A stretch of 64,000 nt of DNA, from assembly GCA_038087875.1 (NCBI GenBank), contig JAXLNO010000446.1, positions 558,001-622,000 on the forward strand, read 5' to 3'. This stretch comes from Malacoraja senta (Eukaryota). The position numbers were made by a program, and so were the translations under genes. Shown here one piece after another: positions 21,201-33,200 of this stretch. The stretch's first letter is position 1, and each line of letters begins with the position of its first letter. Below the pieces are notes generated by a model. It worked only from the letters and a program-made list of their open reading frames with translations, was not told where the DNA came from and made no database searches.

Positions 21201-24200
21201 TCACCGCTGTACCGGCCGAGGTGCAGCGGGCAGGTGGGAGCGGCCGGGATCGGCCCAACTTCCTGTTTTGTTGGCATGCCACTCGCCAATGGAGGGGTGG
21301 TGGCCCTGTGGGGTTGACTTGTGATCTTGCTGCTTGGAAAATGCAGGAATGGGGAGGGTCATGCTGTACCTCTGGGGAATTGTAACAGATTAAATCCATT
21401 GGTGTTTTGGGTTTCAAGATCTGGATGATTGTTTTTGTTGCCGTTGGTTTGCCGCGGTGCTTGGGGTTGGGGGGCTGGGGTCCCTCTGTCTCTATCTCGC
21501 TCTGTCTCTCTCCCCTCTCTCACTGTGTCTCTCTGCCTTTTGCTCTCTCCCTCCCTCCCTCTCTCTCTCGCGCGCTCTCTCTCACGCTCCCTATCTCGTC
21601 TCTCTCTCTCTTGCTCTCTCACGCTCTCTCACTCCCTCTCTCTCTCTCACCCTCTTGCCTCGGCATTCCCGGAATTATTTGGCATTTTACAGGGACGGCT
21701 GCATCTGCGGTTCCTTCCGGTTGGGGGGGAGCCCTGGCCCGGGCGGCGCCTGGTCCGTTCCCTCGCGGCAGCTGCCCAGCCAGCTGAGTTTTTTATTTGG
21801 CTCTGGAGTTGAAGGTGGACACGGTGGGGGCGGGTCTTTATTTCTAAACTCTATTGCATTGTCTGTGAATACAGTGTAAATAAGCATGCTGTTATTGAAA
21901 TAAAATCTTAAATTCTGACACTTTTGCCATAAGGGGAATAGCATTTTCTTTTCTGAACAGATCTGTTTTAGAAAATAACGAGCCAGAACCGCCATTCAAT
22001 ATGATCATGGCTGATCATTCAAAATCAGTATCCTGTTCTGGCTTCTCCCCCCCCCCCCCCCCACCCCCATGTCCCTTGATTCCCTTAGCCCCAAGAGCTA
22101 AATCTAACTTTAATATCTATGGCATTATTTACGCCTTTAACATGAACCAGATCCACTGATGCAACAGCCAAAAAGACACTTGAAAGCCTCTACTTCCTGA
22201 GGAGTGAGGAAATTTGGCAACTCCAATGACTTTCACAAACATCTACACATTGACTATAGTTCAGTTTAGTTTATTGTCACGTGTACCGAGGTACAGTAAA
22301 AACTTTTAACTGCGTGCTAACCAGTCAGCAGAAAGACAATACATTATTACAACCATTACAGTGTATGGATACATGGTAAGGGAATAACGTTTAGCGCAAG
22401 GTTAAGCCAGCAAATTTTGATCAAAGATAGTCCGAGTCACCAATGAATATAGAAAACATACTACGATCTACAAAAAATGCTGGAGAAACTCAGTGGGTGC
22501 GGCAGCGTCTGTGGAGAGAAGGAAAAAAGTAGGCTGAGACAGTAGGTCGTGGGTGAAACTGGGAAGGAGGGAGAAAGCAAGGGCTATCTAAAATTAGAGA
22601 AGTCAACGTTCATGCCGTTGGGGTTCCGAGGGTGGCGTTGGGGTTCAGAGGCTGGCGTTGGGGTTCCGAGGGTGGCGTTGGCGTTCCGAGGCTGGCGTTG
22701 GGGGTTGAGCGGCTGGCGGTGGGGTTTAGCGTCTGGCGATGGGGGTTTAGCGTCTGGCGATGGGGTTTAGCGGCTGGCGTTGGTGTTTCGGGGTTGGGGT
22801 TTCGGGGCTGGTGGCGTTTCGAGGCTGGCGTTGGGGTTCCGGGGGCTGGCGTTGGGGTTTCTAGGCTGGCGATTGGGTTTCGCGGCTGGCATTGGGTTTC
22901 GGGGCTGGCGTTGGGGTGCAGAGGCTGGCGCTGGGGTTCAGAGGCTTGCGCTGGGTTTCAGCAGCTTCCGTTAGGGTTCAGCGGCTGGTGTTGTGTTTTC
23001 GAGGCTGGCGTTGGGATTTAGCGGCTGGCGTTGGGGTTTCTCGTCTGGCGTTGGGGTTTTGCGGCTGGCGTTGTGGTTTAGCGGCTGGCGTTGTGGTTTA
23101 GCGGCTGGCGTTGGGGTTCGAGGCAGGTGTTGGGTTTCGGGGCTGCCGTTAGGGTTTCGGGGCTGGGGGTGTTTGGGCGGCTGGCGATGTGGTTTAGCGG
23201 CTTGCAATGGGGTTTAGCGGCTGGCGTTGGTGTTTGGCGGGTGGCGTTGAGGCTGAGTGCCTGGCGTTGGGGTTGAGGTTGAGAGGTTGGGGTTGAGCGT
23301 CTGCCGTTGGGGTTGAGCGGCCGGCGTTGGGATTTAGCGGCCGGCGTTGGGATTTAGCGGCCGGCGTTGAGGTTTAGCGGCCGGCGTTGGGATTTAGCGG
23401 CCGGCGTTGGGATTTAGCGGCCGGCATTGGGATTTAGCGGCTGGCGTTGAGGTTTTGCGGCTGGCGTTGGGGTTTAGCGGCTGGCGTTGGGGTTGAACGG
23501 CTGCCGTTGGGATTGAGCGGCTGCCGTTGGGGTTGAGCGGCTGCCGTTGGGGTTTTGCGGCTGCCGTTGGGGTTGAGCGGCTGGCGTTGGGGTTGAGCGG
23601 CTGCCGTTGGGGTTGAGCGGCTGGCGATGGGGTTTAGCGGCTGGCGATGAGATTTAGCGGCTTGCGATGGGGGTTTAGCGGCTTGCGTTGGGGTTTTGAG
23701 GCTGGCGTTGGGTTCCGAGGCTGGCGTTGTGGTCTCGAGGCTGGCTATTGTGTTTCGCGGCTGGCGTTGTTGTTTCGGGGCTGGCGTTGGGGTGCAGAGG
23801 CTGGCACTGGGGTTCAGTAGCTGATGCTGGGGTTCAGCGGCTGCCATTGGGGTTGAGCGGCTGGCGTTGAGGTTGAGCGGCTGGCGTTGGGGTTGAGTGG
23901 CGCGTTGGGGTTGAGCGGTCTGGGTTTAACGGCTGGCGTTCGGGATTAGCGGCTGGCGTTGGGGTTTAGCGGCTGCTGTTGGGGTTTAGCGGCTGCTGTT
24001 GGAGTTGAGCGGCTGGCGTTGGGGTTTCGCGGCTGGCGATGGGGTTTAGCATCTGGCGATGGGGGTTTAACGGCTGGCGATGTGGTTTTGAGGCTGCCGT
24101 TGGGGTTGAGCGGTGGCCGTTGGGGTTTTGCGGTGGCCGTTCGTGTTTCGAGGCTGCCGTTGGGGTTGAGCGGCTGCCGTTGGGGTTGAGCGGCTGGTGT

Positions 24201-27200
24201 TGGGGTTGAGCGGCTGGCGATGTAGTTGAGCGGCTGCCTGGCGTTGGGGTGTAGCGGCTGGCATTGGATTTTCGAGGCTGGCTTTGGGGGCAGCAGCTGG
24301 CATTGGGGGTTGAGCGGCTGGCGTTGGGTTTTCATGCTGGCGTTGGGGTGCAGCGGCTTGCATTGGGGTTTCGGGGATGGCGTTGGGGTGCAGCGGATGG
24401 CGTTGGGGTTTAGCAACTGCTTTGGGGTATAGCGGCTGGCTTTGGGGTTTAGCGGCTGCCATTGGTGTTTAACGGCTGGTGGTGTTTAGCGGCTGGCGAT
24501 GGGGTTTAGCGGCTGGCCTTGGGGTGCAGCGGCTGGCCGTGGGGTGCAGCGGCTGGCCTTGGCGTGCAGCGGCTGGCCTTGGGGTGCAGCGGCTGGCGTT
24601 GGGGTGCAGCGGCTGGCGTTGGGGTGCAGCGGCTGGCGTTGGGGTGCAGCGGCCAGCCTTGTTGTATAGCGGCCGGCGTTGTGGTTTAGCGGCCGGCGTT
24701 GGGGTTTAGATGCTGGCGATGGGGTTTAGCGGCTACTGTTGCGATTTGCGGCTGCCGTTGGGGTTGAGCGGCTGGCGTTGGGGTTGAGCAGCTTGCGTTG
24801 GAATTTAGCGGCTGGCGTTGGGGTTGAGCGGCTGGCGTTGTGGTTGAGCAGCTTGCGTTGGGATTTAGCGGCTGGCGTTGGGGTTTAGCGGCTGGTGTTG
24901 GGGTTTAGCGGCTGGCCGTGGGGTGCAGCGGCTGGCCTTGGGGTGCAGCGGCTGGCCTTGGGGTGCAGCGGCTGGCGTTGGGGTGCAGCGGCTGGCGTTG
25001 GGGTGCAGCGGCTGGCGTTGGGGTGCAGCGGCCAGCCTTGTTGTATAGCGGCCGGCGTTGTGGTTTAGCGGCCGGCGTTGGGGTTTAGATGCTGGCGATG
25101 GGGTTTAGCGGCTACTGTTGCGATTTGCGGCTGCCGTTGGGGTTGAGCGGCTGGCGTTGGGGTTGAGCAGCTTGCGTTGGAATTTAGCGGCTGGCGTTGG
25201 GGTTGAGCGGCTGGCGTTGTGGTTGAGCAGCTTGCGTTGGGATTTAGCGGCTGGCGTTGGGGTTTAGCGGCTGGTGTTGGGGTTTAGCGGCTGGCGTTGG
25301 GGTTTAGCGGCTGGCTTTGGGGTTTAGCGGCTGGCGTTGAGGTTTAGCGGCTGGCGCTTGTGTTCAGCGGCTGGCGTTGGGGTTCATCGGTTGCCGTTCA
25401 GCGCTGGCATTGGGGTTGCGAGGCTGGCGGGGATGCGAGGCTGGCGTCGGGGTTGCGAGGCTGGCATTGGGGTTGCGGGGCTGGCGTCGGAGTTTAGCAG
25501 CTGGCATCAAGGTTGATCAGCTGTCGTTGGGGTAGATTGGCTGGCGTTGGGGTTTAGCGGCTGCCTTTGGGGTTTAGCGACTGGCGTTGAGGGATAGCGG
25601 CTGGTGTTGGGGTTCACCGGCTGGCGCTGGGGTTCAGCGGCTGGCGTTGGGGGTTAGCGGCTGGCCTTCGGGGTTAGCGGCTGGCGTTGGGGGTGCGGCG
25701 GCTGGAGTTGGCGTTTCCTGGCTGGCGTTGGGGTTTCGATGCTGGCGTTGGGGTTTAACTGTATGTATTCAAACGGTAGTGATGACATTGGCGTCACCAC
25801 TGAAGGTACCTTAATTGGTTTGCCTGTATTACTTCGTTGGAAAATTTTATATTCAGAGGCCTGCTTCAGCCCTTGCATAGCTGCCAAATAGTACGGATTT
25901 TATACGGAAATGCGATAAGATGTGCGATTTTGTGTTGTTAAATACAGATTTATTTAAAGTCCGTATTTAACAAGGCAAAATCGACCATAGATAAACGTAA
26001 CAACGAGTCACCGCTGTACCGGCCGAGGTGCAGCGGGCAGGTGGGAGCGGCCGGGATCGGCCCAACTTCCTGTTTTGTTGGCATGCCACTCGCCAATGGA
26101 GGGGTGGTGGCCCTGTGGGGTTGACTTGTGATCTTGCTGCTTGGAAAATGCAGGAATGGGGAGGGTCATGCTGTACCTCTGGGGATTGTAACAGATTAAA
26201 TCCATTGGTGTTTTGGGTTTCAAGATCTGGATGATTGTTTTTGTTGCCGTTGGTTTGCCGCGGTGCTTGGGGTTGGGGGGCTGGGGTCCCTCTGTCTCTA
26301 TCTCGCTCTGTCTCTCTCCCCTCTCTCACTGTGTCTCTCTGCCTTTTGCTCTCTCCCTCCCTCCCTCTCTCTCTCGCGCGCTCTCTCTCACGCTCCCTAT
26401 CTCGTCTCTCTCTCTCTTGCTCTCTCACGCTCTCTCACTCCCTCTCTCTCTCTCACCCTCTTGCCTCGGCATTCCCGGAATTATTTGGCATTTTACAGGG
26501 ACGGCTGCATCTGCGGTTCCTTCCGGTTGGGGGGGGAGCCCTGGCCCGGGCGGCGCCTGGTCCGTTCCCTCGCGGCAGCTGCCCAGCCAGCTGAGTTTTT
26601 TATTTGGCTCTGGAGTTGAAGGTGGACACGGTGGGGGGCGGGTCTTTATTTCTAAACTCTATTGCATTGTCTGTGAATACAGTGTAAATAAGCATGCTGT
26701 TATTGAAATAAAATCTTAAATTCTGACACTTTTGCCATAAGGGGAATAGCATTTTCTTTTCTGAACAGATCTGTTTTAGAAAATAACGAGCCAGAACCGC
26801 CATTCAATATGATCATGGCTGATCATTCAAAATCAGTATCCTGTTCTGGCTTCTCCCCCCCCCCCCACCCCCATGTCCCTTGATTCCCTTAGCCCCAAGA
26901 GCTAAATCTAACTTTAATATCTATGGCATTATTTACGCCTTTAACATGAACCAGATCCACTGATGCAACAGCCAAAAAGACTTGAAAGCCTCTACTTCCT
27001 GAGGAGTGAGGAAATTTGGCAACTCCAATGACTTTCACAAACATCTACACATTGACTATAGTTCAGTTTAGTTTATTGTCACGTGTACCGAGGTACAGTA
27101 AAAACTTTTAACTGCGTGCTAACCAGTCAGCAGAAAGACAATACATTATTACAACCATTACAGTGTATGGATACATGGTAAGGGAATAACGTTTAGCGCA

Positions 27201-30200
27201 AGGTTAAGCCAGCAAATTTTGATCAAAGATAGTCCGAGTCACCAATGAATATAGAAAACATACTACGATCTACAAAAAATGCTGGAGAAACTCAGTGGGT
27301 GTGGCAGCGTCTATGGAGAGAAGGAAAAAAGTAGGCTGAGACAGTAGGTCGTGGGTGAAACTGGGAAGGAGGGAGAAAGCAAGGGCTATCTAAAATTAGA
27401 GAAGTCAACGTTCATGCCGTTGGGGTTCCGAGGGTGGCGTTGGGGTTCAGAGGCTGGCGTTGGGGTTCCGAGGGTGGCGTTGGCGTTCCGAGGCTGGCGT
27501 TGGGGGTTGAGCGGCTGGCGGTGGGGTTTAGCGTCTGGCGATGGGGGTTTAGCGTCTGGCGATGGGGTTTAGCGGCTGGCGTTGGTGTTTCGGGGTTGGG
27601 GTTTCGGGGCTGGTGGCGTTTCGAGGCTGGCGTTGGGGTTCCGGGGCTGGCGTTGGGGTTTCTAGGCTGGCGATTGGGTTTCGCGGCTGGCATTGGGGTT
27701 TCGGGGCTGGCGTTGGGGTGCAGAGGCTGGCGCTGGGGTTCAGAGGCTTGCGCTGGGTTTCAGCAGCTTCCGTTAGGGTTCAGCGGCTGGTGTTGTGTTT
27801 TCGAGGCTGGCGTTGGGATTTAGCGGCTGGCGTTGGGGTTTCTCGTCTGGCGTTGGGGTTTTGCGGCTGGCGTTGTGGTTTAGCGGCTGGCGTTGTGGTT
27901 TAGCGGCTGGCGTTGGGGTTCGAGGCAGGCGTTGGGGTTTCGGGGCTGCCGTTAGGGTTTCGGGGCTGGGGGTGTTTGGGCGGCTGGCGATGTGGTTTAG
28001 CGGCTTGCAATGGGGTTTAGCGGCTGGCGTTGGTGTATGGCGGGTGGCGTTGAGGCTGAGTGCCTGGCGTTGGGGTTGAGGTTGAGAGGTTGGGGTTGAG
28101 CGTCTGCCGTTGGGGTTGAGCGGCCGGCGTTGGGATTTAGCGGCCGGCGTTGGGATTTAGCGGCCGGCGTTGAGGTTTAGCGGCCGGCGTTGGGATTTAG
28201 CGGCCGGCGTTGGGATTTAGCGGCCGGCATTGGGATTTAGCGGCTGGCGTTGAGGTTTTGCGGCTGGCGTTGGGGTTTAGCGGCTGGCGTTGGGGTTGAA
28301 CGGCTGCCGTTGGGATTGAGCGGCTGCCGTTGGGGTTGAGCGGCTGCCGTTGGGGTTTTGCGGCTGCCGTTGGGGTTGAGCGGCTGGCGTTGGGGTTGAG
28401 CGGCTGCCGTTGGGGTTGAGCGGCTGGCGATGGGGTTTAGCGGCTGGCGATGAGATTTAGCGGCTTGCGATGGGGGTTTAGCGGCTTGCGTTGGGGTTTC
28501 GAGGCTGGCGTTGGGGTTCCGAGGCTGGCGTTGTGGTCTCGAGGCTGGCTATTGTGTTTCGCGGCTGGCGTTGTTGTTTCGGGGCTGGCGTTGGGGTGCA
28601 GAGGCTGGCACTGGGGTTCAGTAGCTGATGCTGGGGTTCAGCGGCTGCCATTGGGGTTGAGCGGCTGGCGTTGAGGTTGAGCGGCTGGCGTTGGGGTTGA
28701 GTGGCGCGTTGGGGTTGAGCGGTCTGGGTTTAACGGCTGGCGTTCGGGATTAGCGGCTGGCGTTGGGGTTTAGCGGCTCCTGTTGGGGTTTAGCGGCTGC
28801 TGTTGGAGTTGAGCGGCTGGCGTTGGGGTTTCGCGGCTGGCGATGGGGTTTAGCATCTGGCGATGGGGGTTTAACGGCTGGCGATGTGGTTTTGAGGCTG
28901 CCGTTGGGGTTGAGCGGTGGCCGTTGGGGTTTTGCGGTGGCCGTTGGTGTTTCGAGGCTGCCGTTGGGGTTGAGCGGCTGCCGTTGGGGTTGAGCGGCTG
29001 GTGTTGGGGTTGAGCGGCTGGCGATGTAGTTGAGCGGCTGCCGTTGGTGTTTCGAGGCTGCCTGGCGTTGGGGTGTAGCGGCTGGCATTGGATTTTCGAG
29101 GCTGGCTTTGGGGGCAGCAGCTGGCATTGGGGGTTGAGCGGCTGGCGTTGGGTTTTCATGCTGGCGTTGGGGTGCAGCGGCTTGCATTGGGGTTTCGGGG
29201 ATGGCGTTGGGGTGCAGCGGATGGCGTTGGGGTTTAGCAACTGCTTTGGGGTATAGCGGCTGGCTTTGGGGTTTAGCGGCTGCCATTGGTGTTTAACGGC
29301 TGGTGGTGTTTAGCGGCTGGCGATGGGGTTTAGCGGCTGGCCTTGGGGTGCAGCGGCTGGCCGTGGGGTGCAGCGGCTGGCCTTGGCGTGCAGCGGCTGG
29401 CCTTGGGGTGCAGCGGCTGGCGTTGGGGTGCAGCGGCTGGCGTTGGGGTGCAGCGGCTGGCGTTGGGGTGCAGCGGCCAGCCTTGTTGTATAGCGGCCGG
29501 CGTTGTGGTTTAGCGGCCGGCGTTGGGGTTTAGATGCTGGCGATGGGGTTTAGCGGCTACTGTTGCGATTTGCGGCTGCCGTTGGGGTTGAGCGGCTGGC
29601 GTTGGGGTTGAGCAGCTTGCGTTGGAATTTAGCGGCTGGCGTTGGGGTTGAGCGGCTGGCGTTGTGGTTGAGCAGCTTGCGTTGGGATTTAGCGGCTGGC
29701 GTTGGGGTTTAGCGGCTGGTGTTGGGGTTTAGCGGCTGGCGTTGGGGTTTAGCGGCTGGCTTTGGGGTTTAGCGGCTGGCGTTGAGGTTTAGCGGCTGGC
29801 GCTTGTGTTCAGCGGCTGGCGTTGGGGTTCATCGGTTGCCGTTCAGCGCTGGCATTGGGGTTGCGAGGCTGGCGGGGATGCGAGGCTGGCGTCGGGGTTG
29901 CGAGGCTGGCATTGGGGTTGCGGGGCTGGCGTCGGAGTTTAGCAGCTGGCATCAAGGTTGATCAGCTGTCTTTGGGGTAGATTGGCTGGCGTTGGGGTTT
30001 AGCGGCTGCCTTTGGGGTTTAGCGACTGGCGTTGAGGGATAGCGGCTGGTGTTGGGGTTCACCGGCTGGCGCTGGGGTTCAGCGGCTGGCGTTGGGGGTT
30101 AGCGGCTGGCGTTGGGGGTTAGCGGCTGGCGTTGGGGCTGCGGCGGCTGGAGTTGGCGTTTCCTGGCTGGCGTTGGGGTTTCGATGCTGGCGTTGGGGTT

Positions 30201-33200
30201 TAACTGTATGTATTCAAACGGTAGTGATGACATTGGCGTCACCACTGAAGGTACCTTAATTGGTTTGCCTGTATTACTTCGTTGGAAAATTTTATATTCA
30301 GAGGCCTGCTTCAGCCCTTGCATAGCTGCCAAATAGTACGGATTTTATACGGAAATGCGATAAGATGTGCGATTTTGTGTTGTTAAATACAGATTTATTT
30401 AAAGTCCGTATTTAACAAGGCAAAATCGACCATAGATAAACGTAACAACGAGTCACCGCTGTACCGGACGAGGTGCAGCGGGCAGGTGGGAGCGGCCGGG
30501 ATCGGCCCAACTTCCTGTTTTGTTGGCATGCCACTCGCCAATGGAGGGGTGGTGGCCCTGTGGGGTTGACTTGTGATCTTGCTGCTTGGAAAATGCAGGA
30601 ATGGGGAGGGTCATGCTGTACCTCTGGGAATTGTAACAGATTAAATCCATTGGTGTTTTGGGTTTCAAGATCTGGATGATTGTTTTTGTTGCCGTTGGTT
30701 TGCCGCGGTGCTTGGGGTTGGGGGGCTGGGGTCCCTCTGTCTCTATCTCGCTCTGTCTCTCTCCCCTCTCTCACTGTGTCTCTCTGCCTTTTGCTCTCTC
30801 CCTCCCTCCCTCTCTCTCTCGCGCGCTCTCTCTCACGCTCCCTATCTCGTCTCTCTCTCTCTTGCTCTCTCACGCTCTCTCACTCCCTCTCTCTCTCTCA
30901 CCCTCTTGCCTCGGCATTCCCGGAATTATTTGGCATTTTACAGGGACGGCTGCATCTGCGGTTCCTTCCGGTTGGGGGGGGGAGCCCTGGCCCGGGCGGC
31001 GCCTGGTCCGTTCCCTCGCGGCAGCTGCCCAGCCAGCTGAGTTTTTTATTTGGCTCTGGAGTTGAAGGTGGACACGGTGGGGGGCGGGTCTTTATTTCTA
31101 AACTCTATTGCATTGTCTGTGAATACAGTGTAAATAAGCATGCTGTTATTGAAATAAAATCTTAAATTCTGACACTTTTGCCATAAGGGGAATAGCATTT
31201 TCTTTTCTGAACAGATCTGTTTTAGAAAATAACGAGCCAGAACCGCCATTCAATATGATCATGGCTGATCATTCAAAATCAGTATCCTGTTCTGGCTTCT
31301 CCCCCCCCCCCCACCCCCATGTCCCTTGATTCCCTTAGCCCCAAGAGCTAAATCTAACTTTAATATCTATGGCATTATTTACGCCTTTAACATGAACCAG
31401 ATCCACTGATGCAACAGCCAAAAAGACACTTGAAAGCCTCTACTTCCTGAGGAGTGAGGAAATTTGGCAACTCCAATGACTTTCACAAACATCTACACAT
31501 TGACTATAGTTCAGTTTAGTTTATTGTCACGTGTACCGAGGTACAGTAAAAACTTTTAACTGCGTGCTAACCAGTCAGCAGAAAGACAATACATTATTAC
31601 AACCATTACAGTGTATGGATACATGGTAAGGGAATAACGTTTAGCGCAAGGTTAAGCCAGCAAATTTTGATCAAAGATAGTCCGAGTCACCAATGAATAT
31701 AGAAAACATACTACGATCTACAAAAAATGCTGGAGAAACTCAGTGGGTGTGGCAGCGTCTATGGAGAGAAGGAAAAAAGTAGGCTGAGACAGTAGGTCGT
31801 GGGTGAAACTGGGAAGGAGGGAGAAAGCAAGGGCTATCTAAAATTAGAGAAGTCAACGTTCATGCCGTTGGGGTTCCGAGGGTGGCGTTGGGGTTCAGAG
31901 GCTGGCGTTGGGGTTCCGAGGGTGGCGTTGGCGTTCCGAGGCTGGCGTTGGGGGTTGAGCGGCTGGCGGTGGGGTTTAGCGTCTGGCGATGGGGGTTTAG
32001 CGTCTGGCGATGGGGTTTAGCGGCTGGCGTTGGTGTTTCGGGGTTGGGGTTTCGGGGCTGGTGGCGTTTCGAGGCTGGCGTTGGGGTTCCGGGGCTGGCG
32101 TTGGGGTTTCTAGGCTGGCGATTGGGTTTCGCGGCTGGCATTGGGGTTTCGGGGCTGGCGTTGGGGTGCAGAGGCTGGCGCTGGGGTTCAGAGGCTTGCG
32201 CTGGGTTTCAGCAGCTTCCGTTAGGGTTCAGCGGCTGGTGTTGTGTTTTCGAGGCTGGCGTTGGGATTTAGCGGCTGGCGTTGGGGTTTCTCGTCTGGCG
32301 TTGGGGTTTTGCGGCTGGCGTTGTGGTTTAGCGGCTGGCGTTGTGGTTTAGCGGCTGGCGTTGGGGTTCGAGGCAGGCGTTGGGGTTTCGGGGCTGCCGT
32401 TAGGGTTTCGGGGCTGGGGGTGTTTGGGCGGCTGGCGATGTGGTTTAGCGGCTTGCAATGGGGTTTAGCGGCTGGCGTTGGTGTTTGGCGGGTGGCGTTG
32501 AGGCTGAGTGCCTGGCGTTGGGGTTGAGGTTGAGAGGTTGGGGTTGAGCGTCTGCCGTTGGGGTTGAGCGGCCGGCGTTGGGATTTAGCGGCCGGCGTTG
32601 GGATTTAGCGGCCGGCGTTGAGGTTTAGCGGCCGGCGTTGGGATTTAGCGGCCGGCGTTGGGATTTAGCGGCCGGCATTGGGATTTAGCGGCTGGCGTTG
32701 AGGTTTTGCGGCTGGCGTTGGGGTTTAGCGGCTGGCGTTGGGGTTGAACGGCTGCCGTTGGGATTGAGCGGCTGCCGTTGGGGTTGAGCGGCTGCCGTTG
32801 GGGTTTTGCGGCTGCCGTTGGGGTTGAGCGGCTGGCGTTGGGGTTGAGCGGCTGCCGTTGGGGTTGAGCGGCTGGCGATGGGGTTTAGCGGCTGGCGATG
32901 AGATTTAGCGGCTTGCGATGGGGGTTTAGCGGCTTGCGTTGGGGTTTCGAGGCTGGCGTTGGGGTTCCGAGGCTGGCGTTGTGGTCTCGAGGCTGGCTAT
33001 TGTGTTTCGCGGCTGGCGTTGTTGTTTCGGGGCTGGCGTTGGGGTGCAGAGGCTGGCACTGGGGTTCAGTAGCTGATGCTGGGGTTCAGCGGCTGCCATT
33101 GGGGTTGAGCGGCTGGCGTTGAGGTTGAGCGGCTGGCGTTGGGGTTGAGTGGCGCGTTGGGGTTGAGCGGTCTGGGTTTAACGGCTGGCGTTCGGGATTA

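Noticed and set aside
21730..21795. Pol III ncRNA (Y, vault or 5S-like) ending at the T-run in each macrosatellite unit
   Set aside because: No convincing A/B boxes or terminal stem and no recognisable family sequence; an Rfam search would be needed.
21160..21995. ORFs such as MREQERERRDRERE... and their copies
   Set aside because: Translations of (CT/GA)n; homopolymer indels change the frames between copies.
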